Below are positions 1 through 13,440 of a DNA stretch of 64,000 bases, one piece after another. The notes under the pieces are model-generated. The model saw nothing but the letters and a program-made list of their open reading frames with translations. It ran no database searches and was not told the origin of the DNA. This DNA comes from Mizuhopecten yessoensis (Eukaryota). The position numbers and the translations under genes are program-made. Every line of letters begins with the position of its first letter. Positions within the stretch are counted from its first letter, which is position 1. The DNA lies in the NCBI RefSeq assembly GCF_002113885.1, contig NW_018408902.1, positions 2,701,490 through 2,765,489 on the forward strand, given 5' to 3'.

Positions 1-608
1 ACCTATCAGTCATAGAAGGACGAAACATCTTTATTGTGTAGTGCAATTAATTTTGACATAATGTTTCTATGTACAAAGTTTTCTAAGGATCATCGATAAG
101 AAATATATGATGTGTCTAGTAAATTGTTGATAATGTATCCTTGTAATAATTTGTATTTTTCTTTCAAAATACATTGAAGACTGATCATATTTATTATCTA
201 ACACGTGTTTATATATGCCATAATTATTTACAAAATATATTCCTCAGATGCTCTCAATAAAATACCCTTGGTAACATTCTTTACATATAAGTTCATCAAA
301 TATTCACTGTTGACATAACGACGTCATAGAGCTTGCTTTTATTGCGACGTCAAAACGTCATTGCCATGGTAGGTTGATTTTCAGGTTTTCAAGTTTTTTC
401 TTTTAATAACTTTTTTGTTCGTTAATTTATAATATATATTTGTTACACCGTTTGATCCAAATAATAATGATTATGATCGCTCTCTAAAAGTTGAAAATAG
501 CAATAGGTCTGCTTCAAAATTGTCGGCATATTCGTAAAGAATCAAACAACAAAAGCACACAAATTGTACTCTGATTATGTTACACGTTCTTTTCCCTTCC
601 CGTTCTAG

Positions 609-743
609 GCCCGCTCTGCAGTAGACAGAGGTGACTTGGAGGACGCCAAGACGAACTCTAACGTTGCATTGGGAATAAACATTACCAACACTGTTATTGG
701 AATTATTTTTTTCGTGGTTATTGTCGTAGTGGTACTATCCTAG
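609..743 (+). CDS. Last exon of a CD225/dispanin-family gene (copy A1; upstream exons outside window)
   Basis: Pyrimidine tract and AG at 607-608, then ARSAVDRGDLEDAKTNSNVALGINITNTVIGIIFFVVIVVVVLS* (CD225 loop with RGD plus C-terminal TM helix); AATAAA at 816-821; the paralogous upstream exon is visible at 18150-18245. Confidence 0.82.
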   Translation, partial: ARSAVDRGDLEDAKTNSNVALGINITNTVIGIIFFVVIVVVVLS

Positions 744-2449
744 AAAACGTGTCTGGGCCCTGTCAGTTTCAGACTTATTTTACGCCTATCTCAACACGGT
801 ACCTATCGCTTTTTTAATAAACAAACATTTTCAGACATTATTTTTATAAACGTCAACATTCGTTTTCATGAGTCAACATTCGAAAGTAATGCGGTTCCTA
901 TGGAAAAAGTTGAACCTGCTTCAGAAATGTAGACAGAACTCCATACGATTGATATGGATACAGAACAGTCCACTTTAGAAAACTGTAGCAGGATTTACTG
1001 CGTAAAATAGATATGCACGTAACCAACCGTATATTTTACCATTTAATTAAACTGCATATACTGCAAGACAGTTTTTTTTAATGAATGCCCAATTCACATT
1101 TTGCTGTATTCTCATCTGGTATATAGTATATATAAGCAAAATATTTTTTCCAAAACTTCAGCGGTATTCCATATGAAACACGGTAAAGTTGTTGTTTTTG
1201 CTAAGTTCTAAATTTTGCTGTTATGATTTTTTTTTTCGAAAATACACCTTGATCAATAATTTAAAAAAAACAATATCGGAGCTCTTTATGCCAAAGCCAC
1301 TTTACCTGAATTCCGCCAAAAATATATCCTACAGTACAATATATCAATTTCTACACAACAAATAAAATAACTGAGGAAATCGCGTTTTGCAACCAACAAG
1401 TCAACAATAACAATAAATCGTGTCGTTTTTGTTCTTTTTTAAACGTTGTTATTTACATTTTAACATCATTAGACGAACATTGAAAGGTATTTTTAAAATC
1501 GTATTAACGTGCATATTTTCAATTGATACAACAACTTAAATGCATTTCTTTGGTTATTTCATTCCTAAATACATGTATATACATTTCTGCTTATTTGTTA
1601 CGCTCTAACCAAGTAACTGTATGTATTAGTTGACTTCTTTCCTTTAATATGGCCGTACATTTTCTCAATTTCGCAAAGTTATTTTGTTAATACGGAATTC
1701 TGCTAATAAAAAATGGACTTGGAGGCTAAATTTTGTGTTTGTTGTATAATTAAACTTGTGTTTATGTATCTTTTAATCTTTAATTTTCATCGTTTATTTT
1801 TTAAATGGTTATAAAGTGATACAATTATAAGAAGTATTCGTTATTTATATAATGCAATAAATCACAGTAAACAACTTTTGATGTATTAGTCAACAGACAT
1901 ACCAGCAACTATAAGTATATGGGTAGTAAGAAAATACGACCGATTAGATAATAACATTCCTGTAATAAATGTATATTAAATATTTGCCTAGTCAAGCTGG
2001 ATACGTCAAAAAATACGTTAACAGTTTCACATTTAAATAAAGCAAACAATTTGGTAGTCTCCCCTTAGTAACAAAACCTGGCAAAAATGTTCTAATATAT
2101 TGAATTTGCTGTCCAATGTATATATACAAGTTGTCTATTTATCGTTACCAATCTGGATGATCAAGGCTAATATGCATTAAGTGACAGATTTCGTTGTACA
2201 GGTCTTAAAAAGTTGTATATCTTGGACTCTTCAGGCTTATATTGCGTTATAGATATTAGTTGAAAATGTATTAACAGTCTGGAGACGTCATGCTTACGCT
2301 ACAGTCAGATGCACGTATTCGCTGTGTATGCCTCTAGCAGTCTGGCTTAAGTTGCTCAAACGTTGGTCAGAGTTATCCAACGGTTAAGGAAAATTCAAAA
2401 TAATGAAAGAAATTCAAATTCTTAATGTCATAAATTTGAAGATGCTAGA

Positions 2450-2845
2450 TGCAGGTATTCGCTGAGTATATCTCTAGTAATCTAGACGCTTGGGGTTTAC
2501 ACTTCTTCTTCGAGAAATACTGATACTTTAGGATAAATCTACATTTAACTACATGTATAAGTTTTATATTTTTGAGAGGCCTGAATTCACAAGGATAACA
2601 CCACATTAAGCTGCAGGTATCAGTATTTTCTTTAAAAAGGTATTCACACTTTAGGATAACATAATATTAAGCTACAGGTATTAGCTGTCCATTCTTCGAG
2701 AAGCCTTGATACATCAGGATATCACTACACTGAGCTACAGGTATTAGATGTATATTCTTCTAGAAGACTAGATACCTCAGGATAACACTACACTTCGCTA
2801 CAGGTATCAGTAGTATATTCTTCGAGAGGTATTGATACTTGAGTA
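2450..2845. repeat. Degenerate ~63-bp tandem repeat covering the 3' UTR and last codons of the minus-strand CD225 gene
   Basis: Recurring ggataacactacac..gctacaggtat..tattcttcgag with ~63-bp spacing (e.g. 2690, 2753, 2816); paralogous array at ~21390-21780. Confidence 0.75.
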
Positions 2846-5800
2846 AAGAATGCTCACAATCAGTATGATTATAAAACCAAGCAAGAAGTTGATTATATTG
2901 ACGACTTTTGCCGTTTTAGACGAACTTTTCGCTGATGGAATATCCCCACGGGCTATGGCCGATTGGACCTGAAAATGATTAACAATAAAGTGGTATTATT
3001 TGACGATAGAACTGAACGGAGTCACTTAAATTTGTACTGAAAGTTGTGTCAGTAAACGTTCACTTATATTTCATGCAACCAAACAGAACATGTTAACAGT
3101 ACCAACATATTTGTGTTCATGGAGTTTCTGTCAGTATAAATTTACTTAAGTAACATAAAACTGAATAGAAAATGTTTACTTACAACATAAAACTGAATAG
3201 AAAATGTTAACTTACAACATACAACTAAATAGAAAATGTTTACTTACAACATAAAACTGAATGGAAAATGTTTACTTACAACATAAAACTAGATAGAAAA
3301 TGTTTACTTATAACGTACAACTAAATAGAAAATGTTTACTTACAGCATACAACTAAATAAATATAAAATGTTTACTTTCAACATAGAATCAAATAGAAAA
3401 TGTTCACTTACAACATAGAAGTTCACTTACAACGTACCACTGAATAGAAAATATCCACTTACATCACATACACTTATTTAGAAAATGTCCACTTACATCA
3501 TATACAATGAACCAGAGAGTACTAATAGATACGAGTTTTTACTCACGTTAAATGATGCTATTATTGCACCAATACCAAGAGGCCACAGACAGCATAGGCA
3601 TCCAAAAACAGAAATGACCATATGAGATTTTGGTTGGGATTGTGTCTACAAAAAGCGAAAAATAAATTATTAGTCACAATAACTATCTTTTGGGAACTCG
3701 GGAACGTTGAATTTGGAGAGGAGTAAGGGAAAAGTTATATGGCGTATATGTAATTGTCGTCCGTTGATTACGATTTATCTATCAATGCGTGGCGGAAGAA
3801 AAATACATACAATTGGCAAATGCATAAAGGAGTACATTGAAGTTTTCTTCTTTAGAGAAAGATGTAAGGAAATTCACTGGAAATAATTAAATAACATATT
3901 TAATAGGTTGTCGCGATGGAATCTACATCTCCGTATCATTATGATGAAAAAAGGTGGGAAATCATTTTTGGTTCGCCATTACTCTCCCTGTAATAGCGTA
4001 TATAATTGATATTCCATCTTTTGAAACATGGTTGTTTTTGAAATTATGAAATTTAAATGAATCAAGTAAATGCAAGAGCAAATACTCCAATTTAATTCAA
4101 GTATGAAATTCTGGGATCCGCACAGAAAAGTTTACCCCTTTTTTAGAAAAGCTGATCTGATGATATAAGTAAGAAGATATTCGTTCAGTTTGGTCAAAGG
4201 TTATAAATACTGTGTAAATAGTGAAAAAGTCAAACGCCCTGATAGAAGAAACAATTTTTAGGAAGGCTATTCAAGATTGATGAAGGGACCTTTAAGATTT
4301 TAGATCTTAATACTCAATGATCTTTTAATTCCACTTTCGGAGAGTACAGCGTCACTGTATGACTGTAACTCTGCTTTCACAGTGCTAGGGATGGTAATAA
4401 AAGGGGGAATAATCCAAGCCGAAATCGGTCTGTAACAGTATCTTTGTACACATAACTTTTGCAGCGGTACTCTTTACATGAAAACGAGGTAGCTTCCGGA
4501 CAACTGAGAATAAGGTACCCCTCCGCGCATAGATTCTTAAATATGGTTGTTATAACAGAAGCACATTTATTTTCTGGTAGCAAAAATCTTTAAAAGAATG
4601 CTTTAATATTGATAATAAAAATAGCTTATAGTGAACTTACCGGAACCCTGGTCATGACGCCTGGTTGCGAAACAACGACGGCCGTAGCTGGGTAACCATA
4701 TTGAACCCCTGCTTGACATAACATGATAAAATTGAATATAAATATACATTATTATATGTGAAAACAATATTACATCTAAAGATATACTTAATTTTATTAG
4801 AGATATCTTCGATTCATTTTAAGATTTTATTACATTAAAAAAATCTATATTTGAAATGGAGATATTTCATGTCAACTTTTAGGGCCCTCGTTGGGTATTA
4901 AATGTTTACTATAGAGTTCTTATATAATATCGATAGTTCATAGTACAATACTACATTATATGATATACGCTTTTGTTAAATTTACGTACCAGGCTGTTGG
5001 GGAGCCGGTTGACCAGGGTATGAGGGTTGCACGTACCCTGAAATCAATTGACAAAAATGTAAGAAATGTTCATAGCGTGACAGTAAAATAGGGGTATGAT
5101 GTGTGTTGGGAACTACGGTGTGTATGTAATATATTAATTACATATGAATGTAAACATATATACAAATATATATAAATATACTTTAAACCGGGAAACAATC
5201 GCCCGGTCCATTAACTACATATGAATATAAAAATATATACAAATATATATCAAATATATATACAAATATATATACAAATATATATTGATATACTTTATAC
5301 CGGGAAGCATTCGCCCGGTCAAACTTTCGCCCTTCATCCTTAATGTCATTTTCGTCCTGCGTTAATTTCGCCCCTCACATTAAATGAATTATGTATAGTA
5401 CTAATATTCTGTCTACCTATATTCACTGAAATGATAATTTCAACCTCATTAAGGAGGGCGACAAATGCAAAAGATAAACTGCAGCGAAAATTTCCAGTGT
5501 ACACATATATAGTATTAAATGTATTAATAAACATATATAAAAAACAAAAGACAAGAGTTTCTTAGTACCTCCCTAGAGCTTTCACCTCTTTAGAGGTTCA
5601 CCAGGGGAACTTAATATTTATATATCATATCTGCATAGTCGTTATTATTTCTTTGCTTTTTATATTAAATATCTTAATTATTTTAAGAAGGTCGTTCGTT
5701 CATTAACGTTTGGAAACCATAACCACAACCACAACAATGATAAGTGTTGATTTATATGATTAAATGTAAATAGAGCTGTGGAAAGTGACTGCATTTAACA

Positions 5801-8800
5801 CTGCCAACTTACCATTTAGTACCTAAGGAGATATCTCTATTTACTTTAAAGATATCTTATAATAAACAAAATACTTATATAAACCTTATCATAAGTGGTA
5901 TTTATATTACATCTAAAGATGGCTTTAATTTAATTAGAGATAGCTTTGATTCATTTTAAGATTTTTCTGTTACATTTAAAGAATCTATATTTGAAATGGA
6001 GATATCTCTATTTACTTAAAAGATATGTTATAATAAACAAAATACTTATATAAACCTAATCATAAGTGGTATTTATATTACATCTAAAGATGGCTTTAGA
6101 TTAATTAGAGATAGCTTTGATTCATTTTAAGATTTTTCTGTTACATTTAAAGAATCTATATTTGAAATGGAGATATCTCTATTTAATTTTAATTTTTAGG
6201 TCCCTCTTTGGTTATTAAATGTTTATAGAGTTCTTATATAATATCGATAGTTCATAGTACAATACTACATTATATGATATACGCTTTTGTTAAATTTACG
6301 TACCAGGCTGTTGGGGAGCAGGTGGACCAGGGTATAAGGGTTGCACGTACCCTGAAATTAATTGACAAAAAAATAAGAAATGTTCATATAGCATGACAGT
6401 AAAATAGGGGTATGATGTGTGTTGGGAACTACGATGTGTATGTGATATTTCAATTACATATGAATGTAAACATATATACAAATATATATAAATATACGTT
6501 AAACCGGGAAACAATCGCCCGGTCCATTAATTACATATGAATATAAATATATAATTGAAAAAAATGTAAGAAATGTTCATATAGCATGACAGTAAAATAG
6601 GGGTATGTTCTGTACTACGATGTGTATGTATATTTCAATAAGGTGTGGGGGTATTACGTCAAAAGGTGGTAGGTATACAGAGATTCATTTTAAGATATTA
6701 AAGAATCTATATTTGAAATGGAGATATCTCTATTTCATGTTAATTTTAAGATCCCTCTTTGGTATTAAATGTTCACTATAGAGTTCTCATATAATATCAT
6801 TGTTCATAATACAATACTACATTATATGATATTCACTTTTGCTACATTTACGTACCAGGCTGTTGGGGAGCCGGTTGACCAGGGTATGAGGGTTGCACGT
6901 ACCCTGAAATCAATTGACAAAAATGTAAGAAATATTCATAGGGTGACAGTAAAATAGGGGTATGATGTGTTTGTAGGTAACTACGATGAATGTGTAATAT
7001 GTGAATAAAGTGTGTGTGTGTGTGTGGGGGGGGGGGGGTATCATGTGTAAGAATGGTATGTGTATGGACGCTGTTTATAGAGTGACACTGATATGTATCG
7101 TAGTTGTGTAAGGGGTTAGGGTTGATGCGTATAGACGCTTGTGTATGCTGCGGAAGTGGTTGGTGATGGGATAAGAACCTCTGTATGTAGATGATTTATA
7201 TTGGGATACTCCTATGATATACGGGTATGATGCGTATATAGACGGGTTTGTATGCTGCGGAAGTGGGTGGGGATGGGATAAGAACCTCTGTGGGTAGATG
7301 ATTTACATTGGGATACTACTATGATATACGGGTATGAAGCGTATATAGACGCGTGTGTATGAACTGCGGAAGTGGTTGGTGATGGGATAAGAACCTCTGT
7401 GTGTAGATGATTTACATTGGGATACTACTATGATATACGGGTATGATGCGTATATAGACGCGTGTGTATGAACTGCGGAAGTGGTTGGTGATGGGATAAG
7501 AGGCTCTGTGTGTAGATGATTTACATTGGGATACTACTATGATATATGTAGGTGATGTATATACAGGGGTAAACAAACGGGGTATGATGCGTATATAGAC
7601 GGATGTGTCTGCTGAGGAAGAGGTTGGTGATGGGGTAAGAGGCTCTGTGTGTAGAAGATGTACATACGGATACTATGATATATATAGATAATATATATAT
7701 TGGGGTTATAATATGTATGAAGGATATTTGATAGGCAGAGTCAAGTGTATCGACAATGTGCATAATATTATGGGGATGTATTATGCATGACAAATTTGTG
7801 GTGGGTCTAGGTTGTGTAAGTAGAGAACACATTTGTGTACGTACCAGGCTGGGCAGGCTGCCCGGGAGGTGGAGATTGCATATAACCTGAAACCAATTAC
7901 ATGAGATAATAAACGATTGCGACATAAAATGGCTGATCAAGTGTGTACAGTGAAATATCTCAGATTGACATATATATGAAAACAGAGTTTTAATTACTCA
8001 AATTAAAAAAAAATAAAAAACTTACCGGAGTTTGGTGGCACCCCTTGATAGGGCTGTAAGCTATACGGGGGCGGGGGTCCTCCTGAAATTGTCATATCAT
8101 AACATAAGATATTATAGAAAATTATGAAAACACATTATGTGAAACATATGCTTTAATTTGAACAAAACATAAGACTGCTTCATTCTTAAACCTCTTTAAA
8201 GTGAAAACCATGTTTGTTTCTTACCTAATTGCTGAATAATTCCTACTTTTGAGGACGACGACTTACCTGTTTGGGGTGGTGGTTGATGCATGGCCTCGTT
8301 GGCTTTTGAGGGATATCCAGGACCAGCACCTAGAGAATTGTAGAACAATATCGATAATGTGCCTTTCAACTTAAAGTCGAGCAGATTCCGAAAACATGTT
8401 TTATCCTTTCTAAGAAACAAAATGGGTTGAAGACATGCATTTGGCATAGTTAACCAATGGTAATGGTGTGCTAATCTCACACTGGGTATATAGAAAGACA
8501 CAAAACGATACCACCTTGTCAATACAGAGGACAATATACAAAACTACATCAAACACGAACAAGGGATAAACCAAAACAAAATGGAAGACATAATGAAACC
8601 GGAAGTGAAACCATATACTGCAGGAGAGCCTTTCTTGTACCAAATTTGCGATCTATCGTGATGTCTCAAAGCTATAAAAGCCTGTTAGTCACCAAAGACC
8701 AAATATTTATAGAACTATTCTGCAATTATGGTAAGCAGTTACATCAGCACACAGGAAGAAATCTGGTCCTGATAACGCATGTAAAATGTCTACAATGTAA

Positions 8801-11459
8801 ATTGAAGCTTTTCATGCAGAACACCCTGGCTTAGTGTTTTTGTGAATAGAGCGTTTCTTTCGTATCCGACAAGAAATTTCCTGCATTTAGAACAGGCTTT
8901 TGAATTTCATATCGACTTTGATGTATCAGTTCAACAATAAGGGAGGCCAGATGTTACTACTACGAAAAGGAAAGTTAAAAATTGGATCAATTAAGTAGTC
9001 GCTTTAAGATTGACAGTGCGAAGACAATTAATGCATTTTGTAGGAAAATCGCAAGATGTGAAATAAAAGAAGAAGATCGTGCAAAAAAATGTTTAATTTC
9101 AAATTATTGAGGATATGTTAAATTCAAGCACTTCTATTAAGGTGCTCATTAACAAGATTCATCAGTATATAAATGAGAAATCAAGGGGTCGGGCAGACTT
9201 GTATGTTATTTGTTTGCTTTAACAGACTTCTAAAGCACCAAGTTACATAAGAAAACAAAACAGATCAGCTGGAAATGGTTACATGAATCCCTATAGAAAT
9301 AACGTCTCTCTGTTGACATGTCTCCAATAAATTCAACAACGCGCTATCAACCAAATAATAAGATAAGCAGACTACCATATTCAGCGAATGTTGTTTTCTT
9401 AGAAGTGTGAAATTGAACAAAAGATGTCTCACTTTTAATGACAACAAAATATTCATCACTACGTTTGGAAATTTTAGACCATCTGAGCTGATATACCAGA
9501 TTTTCGAGACTGTGTGAAAAGATTCATGTAGCACAACCATTAAGTGTTTATATGTGATACATATCGACACTTATTGGTTGTGCTACATGAATCTTTTCAC
9601 AATCCATATTTACCAACCTGAAGAAAATGTTTAGAAATTTCGAGACATGGTTTTTAGGAATAATGAATTGTGGTATACAGTGTTGTGAAAGCAATAATCT
9701 ACATTTAAAAGTTTGTCTATGAATATTTTTTATGAATATTTTCAATGTTCACTTTTAGTTGATGTCGCAGCATGAATAAACAGTATCACAATTAGTTTAT
9801 CGGTCGTCTTTAATTGACTGACGTACATATTGGTGGTGAAGACCATTTGGCAATCGGCCCTGATGAACACAAGTACATACATCCACCGCATAAACCGTGT
9901 GCAGTGCTGCGTTTATAAATTGATGAGGGACATTACGATACCGACACGTCATGTCGAAGTCATCGCTGTCTGAAACGGAAGTGTGTGACCTGGCTTGCTC
10001 TGGTCAGAACCAACTTTCAGACCCCATACTCCGGAACTTCATACTTCTAGCATACGTTATCAGACCACCCAATTAGTATTGGATTTTTCTGGTAAACCTG
10101 AATTAGGATTGTGAAATGTCATCTCACAATATGTGTATTGTTCAAACTTATATTGTTAAATGAATGAGTATTTATATGTTACTGCCGTACGAATATAATA
10201 TCATTTTACTGAAAATTGTGTGAAAGATAAATTATGCTAATAATAAACAGAAATATAATCTGTTAGTCACCCTTTTTTGTGACTCAGCATCGTGATCACG
10301 TGTTATTTTTCTGTTATTTCCACTGCCGGACAAATCATTCTCATGTTTGCTACTATTGTAAAAGATATGAAACATGATCAATTTTAATACCAGTGGGTTT
10401 TATTTAGCAAGGTTTGATAATCAGTGATTATCTTTCTTCTGGTGAGTAAAAATGTCAAAGAATTGTTACAAGGTGACAGACTAACGCCTAGAGAGAGATA
10501 TTCTATCATCGAGCGTAAAAGTTAGAATCGAGGCTTGGATAGGGTAAGGCTTCTACACCCCCGAATCTACAAACAGATTGACTGTCCGTCATCTCACGCG
10601 GCAGTGGTCTTTTTCTCCTACCTCTCACTCGGACTTATTTCTTTTGATTTTAAACCGGGTAGTAAATTAACACTGACTCTTCTTATGTGACTCTAACATA
10701 ATGTATTGTTTAGGTAACACACAAACAAACAAAAAACATGAGTTTAAAAACAAGAAAGCCCTATGACATTTGTAAGGCAGGCCGCTTAAAATCAAGTGTA
10801 CTTGATAACTGTTTTGGCTGAAGATAACATCAATTGATAAACGATTTGAAAACGTCATATGAAACTGTAGCCCCTGAACTACAGATCACTGGATGAAGTC
10901 CTGTAAGACATATTCTTTAAAGAATGTTGCACGTAGGGTACGCATGTGATGCGTATGAAGAAGTTAAGGCAATTTATTATATAAAACTGAGTCGGACGTT
11001 ACGGTTTCAGGAAAAAATATATAAGCTTGTGTAACATTTTGATCACAAAGAAGATTAAATAATTATTGATTAAATTACTTATACATCTTATTTCAACACT
11101 GTTTTTGAAATAAAAAGAACTACTTATAAAAACAATATATATACAAGCCTAATTGCTTTGATTCTAATTTGGTACAAATATGTATGTACCAATATATCAA
11201 GTGTTTATATATTTCTATAATAAACACTAAACTGATGGCTAAAGTAGAGATTTATTATTACTTTCCAAAGTAACTCAGCTGTTTTTAAGACAAGACATTT
11301 GTAGATGATAGGATTCATGATTATTTATGTATTAACATGTAACAAATCTAACTATTGAAAAATGTTCAATCTAACTTTTAAAACTTTTAGATGAAATCCT
11401 GACATGGCATTATAAAGCAAATATTAGTCTATGAAATTAAACTTACCGGATTGGTCCAT
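2807..11459 (-). CDS. Proline-rich transmembrane protein 1-like CD225/dispanin gene (copy B1), 10 coding exons, 215 aa
   Basis: Exons 11447-11459, 8267-8329, 8026-8082, 7845-7886, 6856-6903, 6304-6351, 4990-5037, 4641-4708, 3547-3645, 2807-2968; all GT-AG and phase-consistent (648 nt). Protein: MDQSGAGPGYP..GGPPPPYSLQPY..(GYVQPxYPGxPAPQQP)x3..VVVSQPG..PKSHMVISVFGCLCCLWPLGIGAIIASFNVQSAIARGDIPSAKSSSKTAKVVNIINFLLGFIIILIVSILY..; has the CCxxPLGxxAI and RGD CD225 hallmarks. Confidence 0.88.
3150..3510. repeat. 32-bp intronic minisatellite
   Basis: Unit aaatgtttacttacaacataaaactgaataga, about 10 copies; shorter paralogous array at ~22085-22350. Confidence 0.9.
3900..4400 (-). mobile_element. Decayed Penelope-like retroelement RT fragment in intron
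   Basis: Frameshifted minus-strand peptides STVKAELQSYSDAVLSESGI and SSIRAFDFFTIYT resemble the Penelope RT region AVKxGLQSYCDTVYSRSGV..SIKTYDFSTLYT; boundaries approximate. Confidence 0.55.
5291..5507. mobile_element. MITE-like element with degenerate terminal inverted repeats
   Basis: tactttataccgggaa..ttcgccc at the left, gcgaaaatttccagtgtacac at the right, internal ttcgccc/gggcga motifs. Confidence 0.5.
7120..7680. repeat. ~108-bp intronic tandem repeat
   Basis: gatgcgtatatagacg..gaagtggttggtgatgggataagaacctctg..gatttacattgggatactactatg repeated about 5 times; only ~2 units in the paralog (24545-24780). Confidence 0.85.
8700..9500 (+). mobile_element. Very old LINE reverse-transcriptase relic
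   Basis: Scattered motif remnants KKSGPDN and NSSTSxKVxINKIHQYINEK..LYVICL..SKA, resembling KxPGPD and STxxA..LYxxFxDxxKAFD; many stops; paralog at ~25800-27510. Confidence 0.35.
9513..9601. repeat. Near-perfect ~43-bp-arm hairpin (foldback)
   Basis: tgtgaaaagattcatgtagcacaacca.taagtgt..atatgt paired with acatat..acactta.tggttgtgctacatgaatcttttcaca; lies in a block absent from the paralog. Confidence 0.85.
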
Positions 11460-12529
11460 GTCTTTGATTAATCTTAATTTTACAAAACAGGCTATGCTGT
11501 ATCCTTGTCCGTATCCCCTAAAATCAAACTTACACAGCCTCTTAAACCCCTTAACGGGAAACACTCCATGACGGCAATTCACATTTACCGGAGGAAGTTA
11601 GAAGTTTAAGGTCAGCAAGTGTCATCCTGTTGTTATTGCTATTAAATTACTGGGATTGTCATTAAAAGTTGTATACATAACTGAATATTTCAGTCGATAA
11701 AAGTGTCCATTTGGACATAAAAAAGAAAGAGGAAAACAAAATGCTATGGTGAAGGGGGTTGAAAATATCAGAACTCACCCTTCTTTCAGAAATTCTGAAT
11801 CTACCAATGTCGAATTCATACGTGGGACGTTTACTTGTTCATGTATACCAGCAGCATAACTTTCATCAAAGCGGTGGTTTCCTTAAACAGGAAACAACAT
11901 ATCGTTATGCAGGTGTGTTTGGGATCGTAATGCTAATTGTAATATCCTGCAGAAAATTTGCGATTGCTTGGAGTTATCTCTCAAACCAAGTGTTGACCCT
12001 TAGTAAAACGCTTTATTATCAATTATATCAGAATACATGTTTAACAAACGTTATATGGACTTAAGTTGAGTTTTAAGCACCTAAAGTAACTTCGTACTAC
12101 ATTTCGTAAAATGATATGAGATAGTTCAGAGCACAGTGTATCTCCGAACAAAAGTATCCCTTTACTTTATTATTTAGTGATTTTGTTAAACTGTCTATTG
12201 CCGACTGGAAACAACAAAAAACTTTTAATTTATAGAAACCGGTCGCGACTGTTGCGTATATATAATCACATTAAACAATACACATGTGGAGGAGGAATCA
12301 ATACTCAATAGACTTAAGTCTCACGAACAAGGAAGAAATTTATTGTAGCATCAAAACTACACGCCATTTCGGCAAAACTTATCTTCTGTCATGTAAACCA
12401 TTTGAAATAGACAATGTTCAGAAAACTGGGTATAAGTATGATACAGGAATTTGTCAATAAAACGAAATATAAAACTAGGGCAAAATGTGAACAAATGTAC
12501 TAATTAGACGGAGACCTTCAAAAGGTACA

Positions 12530-13440
12530 ACGAGAATAAGACCAGATTTTCCAGAAAGGTAAGTGTCTTCTGCCTCATCGACGACATCCCCGTGTAAATC
12601 AAGGTGAAATCAAGGTGAAATCAAAGTAACGTCATTTCCCCACATCGAGAACTCGGATTGTAACAACAGAACGATAAGTTTCACTAATGAACGTAATCAA
12701 AAACATCAACAAGAGAAATAACATGTTTTCCTATGAGTTCATGATATCGACCATAAAACTGGTTCATAGTCTTCATCAATCTGCTTCTTTGAAAACTTTG
12801 CGTTCTAAGTTTGTCTGTCAGAAGTCGACATATATCATGAAAGTCATGATATTCTAAGCAAATTCTTGAATAACAAATTAACTGCGACATGTAAACAACA
12901 TAGGTAGAGGATTCAGAGATGCCACTATCGACAAAGTTAACATTCACGATAGGAGAGTCGGAATTGTCCTCAGGAGGGTATATACGATCGATGTAGTCAA
13001 TAACAATTATTATTCAAAAACACCATATCGACGATATATCTGAATGAGAAATTAAAGGACTTTGCTAGGTTTTTGTTAACTGTTCTGATGAGCTCATCAA
13101 TAAATTAAGCTTTGTATGAAAAATAAAGACAATCGGCCGTCAGATGGGCGCAGTTTGTTTCTATAAGAATGCCTACGGTCTGCTGGAAAATCTTGCAACC
13201 AAGCTCAAAAAGGTATTATCAACCAAGAACTCAATTACCCTTACAATTTTATCCTCATTATATTTCATTTTTGGCTTTTATGGTGCTTTTAGCAAAAAAG
13301 CATTTACTCTCGTAATTAGGGAATTAAGACACTCTATCAGTATGGTAAGAAGTATTATAGTGTAAGGGATCGAAAAATCAAATTAAAATGTGTTAATCAT
13401 GTTGAACTGGTGGTAAATACTGAATAAAAGCTGAAAACAA
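12530..13440 (-). mobile_element. Penelope-like retroelement, decayed RT C-terminal part
   Basis: IEFLVDN..IFQQTVGILIETNCAHLTAD (GIPMGTNCAPLxAD motif), SFNFSFRYIVD (YIDD), and ORF 12684-12947 YVVYMSQLICYSRIC..DF..RLLTDKL..Q.F..L..FYGRYHELI. Confidence 0.8.

Larger units (their letters stand above)
1..11638. repeat. Segmental duplication, copy 1 (continues off the left edge)
   Basis: Position 1 (acctatcagtcatagaaggacgaaac) matches 18947; co-linear similarity with indels runs to ~11638 / ~29088 (gtcatcctgt..). Confidence 0.95.

Noticed and set aside
1-30. Hammerhead-like string ctatcagtcatagaaggacgaaac (also at 18947)
   Set aside because: CUGANGA core is broken, and stems I and III cannot be formed.
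4377-4583. Cys-containing ORF as an alternative LITAF-like terminal exon
   Set aside because: No CxxC..HxCxxC pattern; frame not conserved in the paralog; adjoins a Penelope relic.
11550-11570. NF-kB-like site gggaaacactcc upstream of the CD225 gene
   Set aside because: Does not fit GGGRNNYYCC spacing and is altered in the paralog.
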